From Octopus bimaculoides (Eukaryota), in the NCBI RefSeq assembly GCF_001194135.2, contig NC_068991.1, forward strand, positions 15,584,400-15,638,609: 54,210 bases of DNA, written 5' to 3'. Made by a program: the position numbers and the translations under genes. The first letter of the stretch is position 1. Every line of letters begins with the position of its first letter. Below the pieces are notes generated by a model. It did not search any database. It worked only from the letters and a program-made list of their open reading frames with translations, and was not told the DNA's origin. This document shows positions 1 to 13,006 of the stretch, piece by piece.

Positions 1-27
1 ATATATATAAATGTATGTGTGTGGACA

Positions 28-265
28 TTTTGGGTATTATTTATTCTCCATTACACGTGTTTCATTTGCTAGTTGGAATTACAAAGATTAGCATGTTATA
101 TAGACATGTAAGGAATTTCCGATTAGAAAACCTTCAGATATCAAATTTTTTACTGCCTGAAGATATTATGATAGAAAATTCCTTATATATCTATCTAACA
201 TGTAAATATTTGTAATTTCTATTAGCAAATGAAACACGTGTAATGGAGAATATATTATACCAAAA
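28..265. repeat. Imperfect foldback palindrome (MITE-like), about 100-bp arms and about 19-nt loop
   Basis: TTCTCCATTACACGTGTTTCATTTGCTAGTTGGAATTACAAA (44-85) is the near reverse complement of TTTGTAATTTCTATTAGCAAATGAAACACGTGTAATGGAGAA (209-250). Pairing continues inward to CTTCAG(137)/CTGAAG(157). Confidence 0.8.
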
Positions 266-574
266 CACATTTCCATTTCCCGCTTTTTGTTTTATTCAAT
301 TCTGCAAAACCTGTTTTCTATATTCTCAATTTGATGTTTTGATTTACAAACAACAGTAACTATTGATTGCGATAATGGAATAAACAGATGTGTTTGAAGA
401 GGAAACAGCTGGGATTTACTGTAAGTACCTCAATCATATATTTTTATTCTTTTCTTCTTTTTTCTTCTTTTCCCTTTTTCTCTTTTTCTTTTTTCTTCTT
501 TCTTACTTTTTTCTTCTTTCTTACTTTTTTCTTCTTTTTTCTCCTATTTCTCCTTTTCCCCCTTTTCCAATTTT

Positions 575-1960
575 CTCTCCTTTATATATAGGACTAAAAA
601 TTCATCCCGTCCGGAGATTGAACGTACTAAGAAAGATTTAATAAAATTCTTCAAAAATTTTAATTTAAATATAGTGTTTGAAATAAATAATAAGATAGCT
701 AATTTTTCAAACGTCACACTTAATTTTAAAACTAATCTTCATTATCCATATAGAAAACCAAACCGAACCCTTCAGTACCTAAAAGTTCTTTCTAATCATC
801 CTAGGTCAACCATCGATGGTATGGTAACGGCTATCTCAATTAGAATCTCAAATTTATCGGCGAACGAGGAGATATTCAACACTCACGCTCCGTATTATAA
901 TCAAGCCCTAAAGTTAAGTGGTTTTTAAAAATAAATATTTTACATCCCTGATACAATTCTTAAGACCAAAATTGCAAATACCTTGAATGGAACTGGCTCA
1001 CAATCTAGTTATACGATCCCCAATTTAGATCAACCAATTAGACATAAGAAAAAACACTGTACGAATGAGGCCCGAATTAATAACATGCCATTTGGGAATT
1101 CACATAAATATAAACCCTATATCCGCAACCAATCTAATCAGACCAAATACTCAAAATCTTGGAAACGTGAAATTATATGGTTTACCCCTCACTTTTCTCT
1201 TCAGGTCAAATCTTTACCCAAATTGTTTTTTAAAATATTGAAGGAAAACTTTCCCAAAAATCATAAATATTATCCAGTTTTTAATAAATCCTCAGTGAAA
1301 TTGTTGTACTCCACTACTCCGAATTTAGGTTCGATCATAGCGTCCATCAATAGATGTAAACTCAGCCTTAAGAAATCTTCCCACACAGATCTTTATAATG
1401 AACTCTATAGCTCCAAAATTGACACTAGCTCTAACATAAACATTACGCCAGGTCAACCCCTGACAGTCGGGGGTGACTTAATCTTTAGTAATCGGAAAAT
1501 TAATACCGATGCGGGTGGGACATGTAATTATCGAATTAGGAAGTCGTGTCCGCTCTCCGTATCCTGTTTACGTAATAACGTAGTATATAGGTGTTGTGTC
1601 GAAATCCCTGTTTATATAGGAAGCACTGTAGACTTTAAATGTCGATGTAGGGCCCATTTGAACTCTTTTACTAACGCAAAATATAAATCTTCTACAACGC
1701 TAGCTTCGAATATACAAAAACTTAAACTAAAAAATAAACAATACTCATTATCTTGGTGTGTAAAAGCGGAAGCACCCACTAATAATACAATTACGTGTGT
1801 ATGTAAATTGTGTATTAGAGAGCCCATGAATATTCTTCGTCGATATGCGAGTTAATTTGATCCCGAAGTCCACTCGCAAAGCAGAGCAATAATTTCCCAT
1901 AGTAAAAATGTTATAAACCGTAATTCGTTCCCAGAAAAATATTTTGCCTATAAAATTTAT
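575..1960 (+). pseudogene. Decayed Penelope-like retroelement: RT C-terminal half plus GIY-YIG endonuclease (Neptune/Nematis-like by recollection)
   Basis: ORF 674-928 has NFSNVTLN..YPYRKPN..YL...SNHP..SANEEIF..YNQALKLSG (PLE RT thumb). ORF 983-1855 has REIIWFTPHFS, FPKNHKY..VFNKSSVKLLYS, the Cys linker CNYR..SCPLSVSCL, NVVY...YIGST (GIY-YIG) and CKLCIRE. Stops and frameshifts are present. Confidence 0.85.
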
Positions 1961-3471
1961 AATAGTCGCAAATAAATGGCAATAAAGCAACAGAAGAATG
2001 TAAAGAATGTTTTATGTAAAGGTAAAATGACTGTCAAGATCATTTATAATTTTAAAAAATTATTATTACAAACGTTTTTTTAATCACTTTCACTCGCACT
2101 AGTTTAGACATGATCACCGATTCACAAACACTCGTAGACGTACTCGCAGATTTCTTTTTTAAAAACTAGTCTAGAGTTGTTTACTTAGAAGAAGCTTTTT
2201 TCCGCTCTCTATAAATTTCTCGGTAATACGCGGAAGCATTTGTTATATTAATAGCAACTTTTGCACTTTGTTCAAAATTTGGATCTTGTGCATGAAAAAT
2301 TTATTATAAAATAAAACTCGTAAACCCGGTGTCTCGTAAAGCAGGTCCTCTTAAAGTGAGGTGTTACTGTACATATATATACATTTAAATAATAAACACA
2401 AAATCGATATATGTTGGTACTAAATACACGCGTGATTGAAAATATACATCTGAATTCACAGCAAAACAAGATATTTATTCACTGATAGTGCCCAATAAGA
2501 AATTTAAAAGTCATTAACTTCAGCTACAACACCACAGTCAACGTACAAGGAAGAGAACGTAATTGAAGAATCGATATATANNNNNNNNNNNNNNNNNNNN
2601 NNNNNNNNNNNNNNNNNNNNNNNNNNNNNNNNNNNNNNNNNNNNNNNNNNNNNNNNNNNNNNNNNNNNNNNNNNNNNNNNNNNNNNNNNNNNNNNNNNNN
2701 NNNNNNNNNNNNNNNNNNNNNNNNNNNNNNNNNNNNNNNNNNNNNNNNNNNNNNNNNNNNNNNNNNNNNNNNNNNNNNNNNNNNNNNNNNNNNNNNNNNN
2801 NNNNNNNNNNNNNNNNNNNNNNNNNNNNNNNNNNNNNNNNNNNNNNNNNNNNNNNNNNNNNNNNNNNNNNNNNNNNNNNNNNNNNNNNNNNNNNNNNNNN
2901 NNNNNNNNNNNNNNNNNNNNNNNNNNNNNNNNNNNNNNNNNNNNNNNNNNNNNNNNNNNNNNNNNNNNNNNNNNNNNNNNNNNNNNNNNNNNNNNNNNNN
3001 NNNNNNNNNNNNNNNNNNNNNNNNNNNNNNNNNNNNNNNNNNNNNNNNNNNNNNNNNNNNNNNNNNNNNNNNNNNNNNNNNNNNNNNNNNNNNNNNNNNN
3101 NNNNNNNNNNNNNNNNNNNNNNNNNNNNNNNNNNNNNNNNNNNNNNNNNNNNNNNNNNNNNNNNNNNNNNNNNNNNNNNNNNNNNNNNNNNNNNNNNNNN
3201 NNNNNNNNNNNNNNNNNNNNNNNNNNNNNNNNNNNNNNNNNNNNNNNNNNNNNNNNNNNNNNNNNNNNNNNNNNNNNNNNNNNNNNNNNNNNNNNNNNNN
3301 NNNNNNNNNNNNNNNNNNNNNNNNNNNNNNNNNNNNNNNNNNNNNNNNNNNNNNNNNNNNNNNNNNNNNNNNNNNNNNNNNNNNNNNNNNNNNNNNNNNN
3401 NNNNNNNNNNNNNNNNNNNNNNNNNNNNNNNNNNNNNNNNNNNNNNNNNNNNNNNNNNNNNNNNNNNNNNN

Positions 3472-3526
<55 letters not shown>

Positions 3527-3530
3527 AAAA

Positions 3531-3637
3531 TATCCTGTTGATGTAATTGAAATTCCAATGAAGGAGTCTTGAATCTAGGTTAGAAACTGGCTCTTTCTCT
3601 ATTGGCAAGAATTCATGAAATAAAGCTAAATAATAAC
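3531..3637 (-). repeat. About 105-bp microsatellite-embedded cassette, copy 1 of 3
   Basis: Matches 15300-15405 and 16575-16680; flanked by TA and (CATA)n repeats. Confidence 0.8.
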
Positions 3638-3719
3638 ATACATACATATATACATACATACATATGGTGCAATTTTTTTTTTAATTGCGTAAAGATGTAA
3701 AAAAAAAATACAAACAAAA

Positions 3720-3800
3720 TGAACGTGTATCAGGTTAACGCTCAGAAAAATTGGGAGAAGTCTTTAACGTTTCGAGTCTTCGCTCTTCTAAGGATAGATG
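3720..3800 (-). repeat. Dispersed repeat with HHR-like motif, degenerate copy 1 of 3
   Basis: Minus strand reads ...AGAAGAGCGAAGACTCGAAACGTTAAAGAC; homologous to 18165-18320 and 22170-22345. Confidence 0.6.
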
Positions 3801-3844
3801 AGAAGAGAGAAAAGGGAGAAAAGAGTTAGTGTGTCTCAAGTAGA

Positions 3845-4005
3845 CGGCGGATTTCCGCATAGTTTCCGTCTACCAAATTCACATTGGTCGGCCCGGTGTT
3901 ATGATGCTACTATAGAAGACACTTGCCCATGGTTGCTGTACAGTGAGAACGAACTTAAAAGAACCTCGTTGCAAATCGAACTTTTTAACCACACAGCCAT
4001 TCCTA
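3845..4005 (-). mobile_element. SINE family B, 5' part, degenerate
   Basis: AGTTTCCGTCTACCAAATTCAC..TGGTCGGCCCG..CTATAGAAGACACTTGCCCA..AACCACACAGCCATTCC matches the reverse complement of 45082-45240. Confidence 0.7.
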
Positions 4006-5644
4006 CGCCTATATACTGATGATACCAGGCGAACATTCGCCTTTTAATCCTCGATTGTAGGATGGTTTCGTTGCACTTTGGCTCTAACGAGAACCTAACC
4101 AATAAAGATAATGATCTTTAACGACTGTGAGACAGGGACGTTCAACTTATTTGGAGCGTCACATATTTTACGGACTCGCATACTTTTACTCGGAATAACA
4201 TTGATAATTGTGCAGACGTCACTTTTACTTCAGTTACAACTAGACAGTGCAACATATTGACATATCTACGTATGTGTGTGTTTGTGCATTTCTTATTTTA
4301 CTCNNNNNNNNNNNNNNNNNNNNNNNNNNNNNNNNNNNNNNNNNNNNNNNNNNNNNNNNNNNNNNNNNNNNNNNNNNNNNNNNNNNNNNNNNNNNNNNNN
4401 NNNNNNNNNNNNNNNNNNNNNNNNNNNNNNNNNNNNNNNNNNNNNNNNNNNNNNNNNNNNNNNNNNNNNNNNNNNNNNNNNNNNNNNNNNNNNNNNNNNN
4501 NNNNNNNNNNNNNNNNNNNNNNNNNNNNNNNNNNNNNNNNNNNNNNNNNNNNNNNNNNNNNNNNNNNNNNNNNNNNNNNNNNNNNNNNNNNNNNNNNNNN
4601 NNNNNNNNNNNNNNNNNNNNNNNNNNNNNNNNNNNNNNNNNNNNNNNNNNNNNNNNNNNNNNNNNNNNNNNNNNNNNNNNNNNNNNNNNNNNNNNNNNNN
4701 NNNNNNNNNNNNNNNNNNNNNNNNNNNNNNNNNNNNNNNNNNNNNNNNNNNNNNNNNNNNNNNNNNNNNNNNNNNNNNNNNNNNNNNNNNNNNNNNNNNN
4801 NNNNNNNNNNNNNNNNNNNNNNNNNNNNNNNNNNNNNNNNNNNNNNNNNNNNNNNNNNNNNNNNNNNNNNNNNNNNNNNNNNNNNNNNNNNNNNNNNNNN
4901 NNNNNNNNNNNNNNNNNNNNNNNNNNNNNNNNNNNNNNNNNNNNNNNNNNNNNNNNNNNNNNNNNNNNNNNNNNNNNNNNNNNNNNNNNNNNNNNNNNNN
5001 NNNNNNNNNNNNNNNNNNNNNNNNNNNNNNNNNNNNNNNNNNNNNNNNNNNNNNNNNNNNNNNNNNNNNNNNNNNNNNNNNNNNNNNNNNNNNNNNNNNN
5101 NNNNNNNNNNNNNNNNNNNNNNNNNNNNNNNNNNNNNNNNNNNNNNNNNNNNNNNNNNNNNNNNNNNNNNNNNNNNNNNNNNNNNNNNNNNNNNNNNNNN
5201 NNNNNNNNNNNNNNNNNNNNNNNNNNNNNNNNNNNNNNNNNNNNNNNNNNNNNNNNNNNNNNNNNNNNNNNNNNNNNNNNNNNNNNNNNNCTAGGTCTTT
5301 TCGGTACCCCTCTTGCTGCTCAGCTCATCAGCTTTTGGCAATCTCAAAACGCTCTATCGTTACCGTTTTTTGTTATCAGGTCGCACGATGGTGACTGATC
5401 CTCCCAGCACCAAAGCTGACCCAAATCTCGGTCGTTTCATTACCATATTTCTGGCCGTGTGGTACAAATTGCATCTGTAAGGAGCAATGCTTCAATTGAA
5501 CATTGTAAATATAATCCAATTTTTATTGTGTATTTAAAATTGTAAATACTTAATCGATACAGCTTCTTCACCCCCTTTTATGTTTGTCTGTCCTTGTTCG
5601 TCCCCTCTTTGTAATGCCTTTATGGCAAATATTTATGAAATAAA

Positions 5645-5870
5645 GGAGCTTGCTTCCCAACTACATGGTGCTGGGTTCAGTCTCACTGCGTCCGCATGGC
5701 GCCTTGGACAAGTAGTGTCTTTTCTACTATAGCCTCGAGCCGATTAAAGCCTTGCGGCTGGATTTAGTAGACAGAAACTGAAAGTATGACATGGTTGTGT
5801 GGTAAGCAGCTTGATTACCAACCACATGGTTCCGGGATCAATCCCACTGCGTGGCACCTTAGGCAAGTGT
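5645..5870 (+). mobile_element. Two tandem SINE family B heads
   Basis: Both segments match the tRNA-like head and CCTTGGGCAAGTG box of 45082-45230. Confidence 0.75.
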
Positions 5871-6002
5871 AGGTAGGTAGGTAGGTAAGTAGGTAGGTAG
5901 GTAGGTGGGTGGTTGGGTAGGTAGGTAGGTAGGTATGTAGGTAGGCAGGCAGGCAGGTAGAAAGATAGATAGATGGATAGATAGATAGATAGATAGATAG
6001 AT
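5871..6002. repeat. Compound tetranucleotide microsatellite (AGGT)n-(AGGC)n-(AGAT)n
   Basis: Direct reading. Confidence 0.95.
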
Positions 6003-6005
6003 ATT

Positions 6006-6176
6006 GGTTTCAAATTTTGGCACAAGGCCAGAAATTTCGAGGGATGGGTTAAGTCAATTACATCGATCCTAATAATCAAATGGTGCTTATTTTTTTTAAC
6101 CCGAAAGGATGAAAATCAAAGTCAAACTCGGCACTTTTTTCCGATACAGTAACAATTCTGCTAGCTCACCGCCTTA
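6006..6176 (-). mobile_element. SINE family A copy with internal deletion
   Basis: Tail TTTTGGCACAAGGCCAG, core GAAAGGATGAAA..AAAGTC, head AATTCTGCTAGCTCACCGCC. Confidence 0.7.
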
Positions 6177-6464
6177 GAGGGATAGACGTTAAGGTTTTGA
6201 ATTGATAAATTCCATTGCAATCCCAAGTTTCACGCTGTGTACTTCGAATTAAGCAACATAACGTTGCCTAAAAGAGCCCACGTAGGGTGAAACTCTGTAG
6301 CCACAGAGTGGATAATCGACTCACTGCACACAAGTAGAAACGCTGTCATTACATCGAGTACACCTTATATGAATATATAAAGATACATATGCATATACAA
6401 ATGAATGAATATATGACTGTGTGTGTGTGTGCGTACGTGTGTGTGTCTATTATTACACAACAGA

Positions 6465-6592
6465 TTTACGTCTAACTGTAACCTAGCGGTTCGGCAAGGG
6501 AAGCCGCTAGAATAAAAAATATGCTCGACTCGACTCTTCAAAGCGGTGCTCCAGCATGACTGCACTTTAAATAACTGAAAGAAGTAAAGATA
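6465..6592 (+). mobile_element. SINE family B 3' tail fragment
   Basis: TAGCGGTTCGGCAA...GCGGTGCTCCAGCATG...ACTGAAAGAAGTAAAGA. Confidence 0.65.
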
Positions 6593-7360
6593 ACAGTTAT
6601 ATACATATATACACGCACACACACATATATATATATATATACTCTCACACACACATATATATATATATACTCCTACACACACAGAGTATGTATACACAAT
6701 TACATACATGTGTATGCGTGTGTATATATATATATATATATATGTACTCCTACATACACACACATACATATAAACATGTGTACGTAGATAAATTAGAGAT
6801 AAATAGTCACACAGACATCTACATTCACGCAGGCAGCAGCCATGCAGACGGACAGTCAGACATTGAAAGGCGAATGGAAATTTCCATCACGTGTGAAGCA
6901 GCTATATATTTTTCCACGAGAAAATAAAAAAAAAACAAAGAGAAAAAAGACACTCATTTAAAACATAAAAAAGCACTAAAAGAAAAATAATCACAAAAAC
7001 AAATAAATCAATACGACAGAAATAAAACAAATATCTAAAGCAGAAACAAAAGAAAAATGGAAAAGGAATAAAAATGTACATAAAACAATACAATATAAAA
7101 CAAATTAGCAAAGAACAGAGAGCGGCAGGCAGATTAAACTGGTTTTCACCGGTTCTTGGCGCCACTGACTGGATTGACTGCCTCTCTCACTCACGTTCTT
7201 TGCCTTTAGTTTTCTCTTTACTCTTTGCTTTGGCACGCTGCCATGTTGGAGTTTTAATACTAATGTTAGATGGTGGTGTGAAGAGGGCGTGCTTCCAAGC
7301 CTTTCAGGCGCTTCTAATAACCTACCGCTGCTTCTACGTAGAATGGCGCCTTCCGGCATG

Positions 7361-7423
<63 letters not shown>

Positions 7424-7618
7424 CTATATAAACGTATGTTTGTATTTGTACATATATGGAGTTTTGTCTTTCGCAAAGGAATGAAATTCGGCGCATATCG
7501 TATTGTATAGTTTATATATTCCGGAATAGGCTAAAGAAATGACTCCAGGGCTTAAAATTTTGTGTCTCCACACGAATTCCTGGGCCGTTGGATTACTCAC
7601 TCTTACAATTCTTTTTAA

Positions 7619-7813
7619 TTTTGGCACAAGGTCAGGAATTTTAAAGGAAAGGGGCAAGTGGATGAGATTGACCTCAGTACTTATTTTAGCGACCTCGAAA
7701 CGATGAAAGGCAAAGTCGCCTTCGGAGGAATTTGGATTGAGAACAAAAAGCCGGAAGAAATTCCGCTAAGCATTTTGCCCAATGTGCTAACGGTTCTGCC
7801 AGCTCGCAGCCTT
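7619..7813 (-). mobile_element. SINE family A copy
   Basis: Reverse complement of the GGCGAGCTGGCAGAACCGTTAGC head, GACTTTGCCTTTCATC core and GCCTTGTGCCAAAA tail. Confidence 0.8.
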
Positions 7814-8539
7814 TTACGTATGATAATATCAGTTAAAAGATTATTATATGTACCTTGCCATACGTTCTGAGTCCGCTTTCTCCCATCTGTGAAACTTACG
7901 CTTGTATACCAACCCACTCTCATACACACATATACTGAGAAAGAGAGAGGAAGAGAAGCATACAGAGAGTTCTTTCATTGCCGCCATACTGGAGCACTCT
8001 CTGCAGGGATTGTTAATTGATCATGTCGACCTCTGTGACTCTGCAGTCTGATTCGACATCGTTCTGTAATTAGCCTATCTACCGAAAGACTAGCTTGCCA
8101 TTTTGAGTCAACACTGGTTTTATTTTCAACCGGCGATGTTGTATCACACTAAAAAAGTCTATTGGTGCATGTTGGTGACCTTTTCTTTGGATAAACATAA
8201 GGGTGGAGGAAAAGGATAACTTTATTGTATGGGCAAATGCTAGCTGTCATCACAAAGACTCATGCCCAGGCCTGCAAATGTATGTACAGCGACATGAGTC
8301 CACATTGATCGACGGAGGCTCGTATTATCACAGTGTCCAATTCATTAATATGCGCCATGACATACGTATACACACACCCAAGTATTATACGTATGTCTTT
8401 ATATATATGTATGAATGTATGTGTGTAATTATGCGTATATATATATATATATATATATATACACGCGTGTGTGTGTGTGAGTATGTATTTGTGTTTGTAT
8501 GTTAGTATGTCGTGCCAATGTATTTATAAATAATGCTAT

Positions 8540-8860
8540 CGAGCGCTTCATCTGCTATCCTCCCCATCACCGTTCTCGGCGTCATCGCCATCACCATCAT
8601 CAGTATCATCATCAGCATTATCGTAAAAGTCGTCGTCGTCGTCATCGTCATCGTCATCATTATCGCTGTCGCGATCATCATCGCAATCATCTCTTATCCA
8701 CTCACGATACCACGACCCATCGCCAAACAACGCCATTACCACCACCAATACCAATTCCATCAAAGCCAACACCACCACCACCACCACCACCACCACCACT
8801 AACCTCCACCACCATCGAAGCATCCAACCAACCAGCCAACCAGCCACCCGCCCAACCACC
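8540..8860. repeat. Low-complexity CAT/CGT/CAC trinucleotide mosaic
   Basis: Direct reading. Similar tracts at 12540-12575 and 50289-50530. Confidence 0.9.
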
Positions 8861-9955
8861 CGCAGCCATTACATTACTACTACATTTTATTTAAATCTCT
8901 TCTTTACAGCTTCCCCNNNNNNNNNNNNNNNNNNNNNNNNNNNNNNNNNNNNNNNNNNNNNNNNNNNNNNNNNNNNNNNNNNNNNNNNNNNNNNNNNNNN
9001 NNNNNNNNNNNNNNNNNNNNNNNNNNNNNNNNNNNNNNNNNNNNNNNNNNNNNNNNNNNNNNNNNNNNNNNNNNNNNNNNNNNNNNNNNNNNNNNNNNNN
9101 NNNNNNNNNNNNNNNNNNNNNNNNNNNNNNNNNNNNNNNNNNNNNNNNNNNNNNNNNNNNNNNNNNNNNNNNNNNNNNNNNNNNNNNNNNNNNNNNNNNN
9201 NNNNNNNNNNNNNNNNNNNNNNNNNNNNNNNNNNNNNNNNNNNNNNNNNNNNNNNNNNNNNNNNNNNNNNNNNNNNNNNNNNNNNNNNNNNNNNNNNNNN
9301 NNNNNNNNNNNNNNNNNNNNNNNNNNNNNNNNNNNNNNNNNNNNNNNNNNNNNNNNNNNNNNNNNNNNNNNNNNNNNNNNNNNNNNNNNNNNNNNNNNNN
9401 NNNNNNNNNNNNNNNNNNNNNNNNNNNNNNNNNNNNNNNNNNNNNNNNNNNNNNNNNNNNNNNNNNNNNNNNNNNNNNNNNNNNNNNNNNNNNNNNNNNN
9501 NNNNNNNNNNNNNNNNNNNNNNNNNNNNNNNNNNNNNNNNNNNNNNNNNNNNNNNNNNNNNNNNNNNNNNNNNNNNNNNNNNNNNNNNNNNNNNNNNNNN
9601 NNNNNNNNNNNNNNNNNNNNNNNNNNNNNNNNNNNNNNNNNNNNNNNNNNNNNNNNNNNNNNNNNNNNNNNNNNNNNNNNNNNNNNNNNNNNNNNNNNNN
9701 NNNNNNNNNNNNNNNNNNNNNNNNNNNNNNNNNNNNNNNNNNNNNNNNNNNNNNNNNNNNNNNNNNNNNNNNNNNNNNNNNNNNNNNNNNNNNNNNNNNN
9801 NNNNNNNNNNNNNNNNNNNNNNNNNNNNNNNNNNNNNNNNNNNNNNNNNNNNNNNNNNNNNNNNNNNNNNNNNNNNNNNNNNNNNNNNNNNNNNNNNNNN
9901 NNNATAAATGTATGTTGGTGTGTGTGTGTGTATATTTATGTATGTAGAGTGTATG

Positions 9956-10031
<76 letters not shown>

Positions 10032-10430
10032 AATATAGATATATATCTATATATTTGCGTGTGTGTGTGTGTCTGCACAGACAATCGATCGAAGATCCAA
10101 AGTGAGAAACTCGGAGGAAAGGTTACTGAAGAGTTCAGCTTCCAATAAACATTATTAATCTTTCTTTTTCGACGCACATTTGCCTTTTCTGCTTTTTGTT
10201 TTTTTTTTGTTTTTGTTTTTGCAACGGTGGGGTTCGAAAGAGACCGGAAGTGATACAACATATGCGCATAGATATGTACACACGCACGTGTATGAGATGT
10301 GCGTGTATGTACATATATGTATAAACTAAACATGCGTATATATATCTATATTTGTATGTTTATATATGTGTGCATGCTTTTATGTATATGATTATGTAGA
10401 CACGGTTGTTTTGTTTATATCTCCGGAAAT

Positions 10431-10660
10431 CTAGCGGTTCGGCCAAGGACACCGCTGGAAGAAATACAAGACCAATAAAATATGACTATGGAATGGATTC
10501 ATTTGATTAAACCCGCGAGGCGGTGCCCCAGCATAGCTGCCGTCCAATGATAGGAGAAACCAAAAGCTGAACGATAAAGGAACTACAAAAAAAATACATA
10601 CATGCATTCAGGCCACGCTGGGGCAGAGCCTGTAAGTTCTTTAATCAAGCGAATCGGCCC
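10431..10660. mobile_element. Two degenerate SINE family B tail fragments in opposite orientation
   Basis: GCGGTTCGGC..GGCGGTGCCCCAGCAT (+) and GGCCACGCTGGGGCA..AATCGGCCC (-). Confidence 0.55.
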
Positions 10661-10701
<41 letters not shown>

Positions 10702-11194
10702 TTCCTTTTTGTTTCCAGCATTTCTTGTCATCATCATTCACATCGCTACTCCCTGCTGTACTCCTTCAGTTAAACACGTAAATCATCTCCTACATATAGA
10801 TATACATCCACACAGGCATACACTCCCTCTTTTGTTTCTTTTATTTTATTTTTTGTTTTGTTTTGTTTTGTTTTTTTTTTCCTGTTCCTGTTCTATTTCT
10901 GTTCGGCGCTATTCTATTACAACTAACAATACTATTTCTATTTATCTTCTTCCGTTTTAATTTTTTTTTTATCTTTCTTTTTTTTATATATTTTGCTGTA
11001 CATCACTATTCCCATATTCCCACAACGCAGTCACCTCCTGTACTCTCCTCTTTGTTGTTGCAATCATTATATATTATTATTACACAACAGATTTTATCCT
11101 CTATGTCTTTTTTCACTCATGTCTCATCTATCTTATTACTCTCTTTTTTCTTTGTACTTCCTTCTATTTCTGTATGTACACATATGTACATGTA

Positions 11195-11198
11195 ATAC

Positions 11199-11248
<50 letters not shown>

Positions 11249-11800
11249 TTGGCTACCTATCTGCCTTTCACATTTTCTACGTTTCTTACTACGTCTCTCT
11301 TATTTCCTCTCTGTCTTTCTCTATTTGTCTCTCTCTGTCTTTCTCTATTTGTCTCTCTCTGTCTTTCTCTATTTGTCTCTCTCTCTCTATATATATATAC
11401 ATATATATATCTTTCTCTCTTCTTGTCTGCCTGTCTCTCACTCTCTCTCTTACGTACATGCAGTCTCACTGCCTCTCTCACTCCCCTCTCACATAGTCTC
11501 TATCTAACATTATCTTCATCTCTCCATCTCTCTCTCCCTTTCCCTCTCTTTCTTTCTCTCTTCTCATGCGCTATCGTTCTTTTCCCATGTTATCAAATAT
11601 CGTCTTTGCTGGATATTATTACCAAATATGGCAATGTCTTTTTATCGCAATTTGTTTGTCTACCCCCTTCCCTCTTTCCACTTTCTACTCTATTTGTCTT
11701 GCGCTCTCTCTCTCCCTCCCTCTCTCTATCTCTCAAACACACACACATACACACACATACTCTCGCTCTCTTCCCTCCTCCCCTCCTCACTCTCTCTTTG
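11195..11800. repeat. (ATCT)n plus CT-rich low complexity with a 24-bp unit repeated about 3 times
   Basis: TCTCTGTCTTTCTCTATTTGTCTC repeated at about 11308-11380. Confidence 0.85.
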
Positions 11801-12159
11801 TTCCATACTGCCTAATATTTCAGTCTACCACACTCTCTCACCTATACATCCATTAACACACACATATATATATATATATATANNNNNNNNNNNNNNNNNN
11901 NNNNNNNNNNNNNNNNNNNNNNNNNNNNNNNNNNNNNNNNNNNNNNNNNNNNNNNNNNNNNNNNNNNNNNNNNNNNNNNNNNNNNNNNNNNNNNNNNNNN
12001 NNNNNNNNNNNNNNNNNNNNNNNNNNNNNNNNNNNNNNNNNNNNNNNNNNNNNNNNNNNNNNNNNNNNNNNNNNNNNNNNNNNNNNNNNNNNNNNNNNNN
12101 NNNNNNNNNNNNNNNNNNNNNNNNNNNNNNNNNNNNNNNNNNNNNNNNNNNNNNNNNNN

Positions 12160-12212
<53 letters not shown>

Positions 12213-12932
12213 TATTTACACGCACACATACAAGCATATATACAAGCGTACATTGTTCTTTATTTCTCTTTTTATGTTATCTCCACCACCACATTTCATT
12301 TTCTTCCTTTTTTGACAAACGCCATCCTGTTTCCACTTAGAAGGACACGTCATTGTCGTCTACTGCGGAATCTCAGAATTGTGTGTGTGTGTCTCATTTT
12401 TTTTTTCTTTTTTCTTTTTTTTCTCATGACTCATCACCCTCGACATGGCACACCATCCATAACTCCTTATGGTACACAGTTCTTACCATTCACCCATCAC
12501 TACCGATCAACCCTACCACCACTCTCATTAGAAATCATCAACACCGTCGTCGTCGTCGTCGTCGTCGTCGTCAGAGCGCTACTACTTTTTCTTCTCCTAA
12601 GGGTGATGAAAAGATGGATGCACATGATGACTGATAAAGAGAGGTATATGGCAACATTCTTCCAGCCAAATCGTTATGTTTCATCGCTATCTCTTGTTGT
12701 TTTTATGCTGTAGCATTGTTGTGGTTGTTATTGCATTTATCGACGTCAGGATCGACGTTCTTGCTTTGTAGGCGTTATCTTCGTTTTCGTCTTTGGTTCT
12801 TGTAATCACATGACTTTGCCAACACTCTGTCACACGTATCGTATATCATACTATATCCTATCCTATTATATCATACCATACCATATCATATCGTGTGTAT
12901 GTCTATGCATGTGTGTACGTATGTATGTGTGT

Positions 12933-13006
<74 letters not shown>

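Noticed and set aside
157-185. CTGAAGA-TATTATGATA-GAAA
   Set aside because: Weak AU-only stem, no stem III or UH triplet, and explained as part of the foldback arm.
2095-2180. ACTAGT-containing motifs downstream of the PLE (AAAACTAGTC)
   Set aside because: No CUGANGA core or matching stem I could be assembled.
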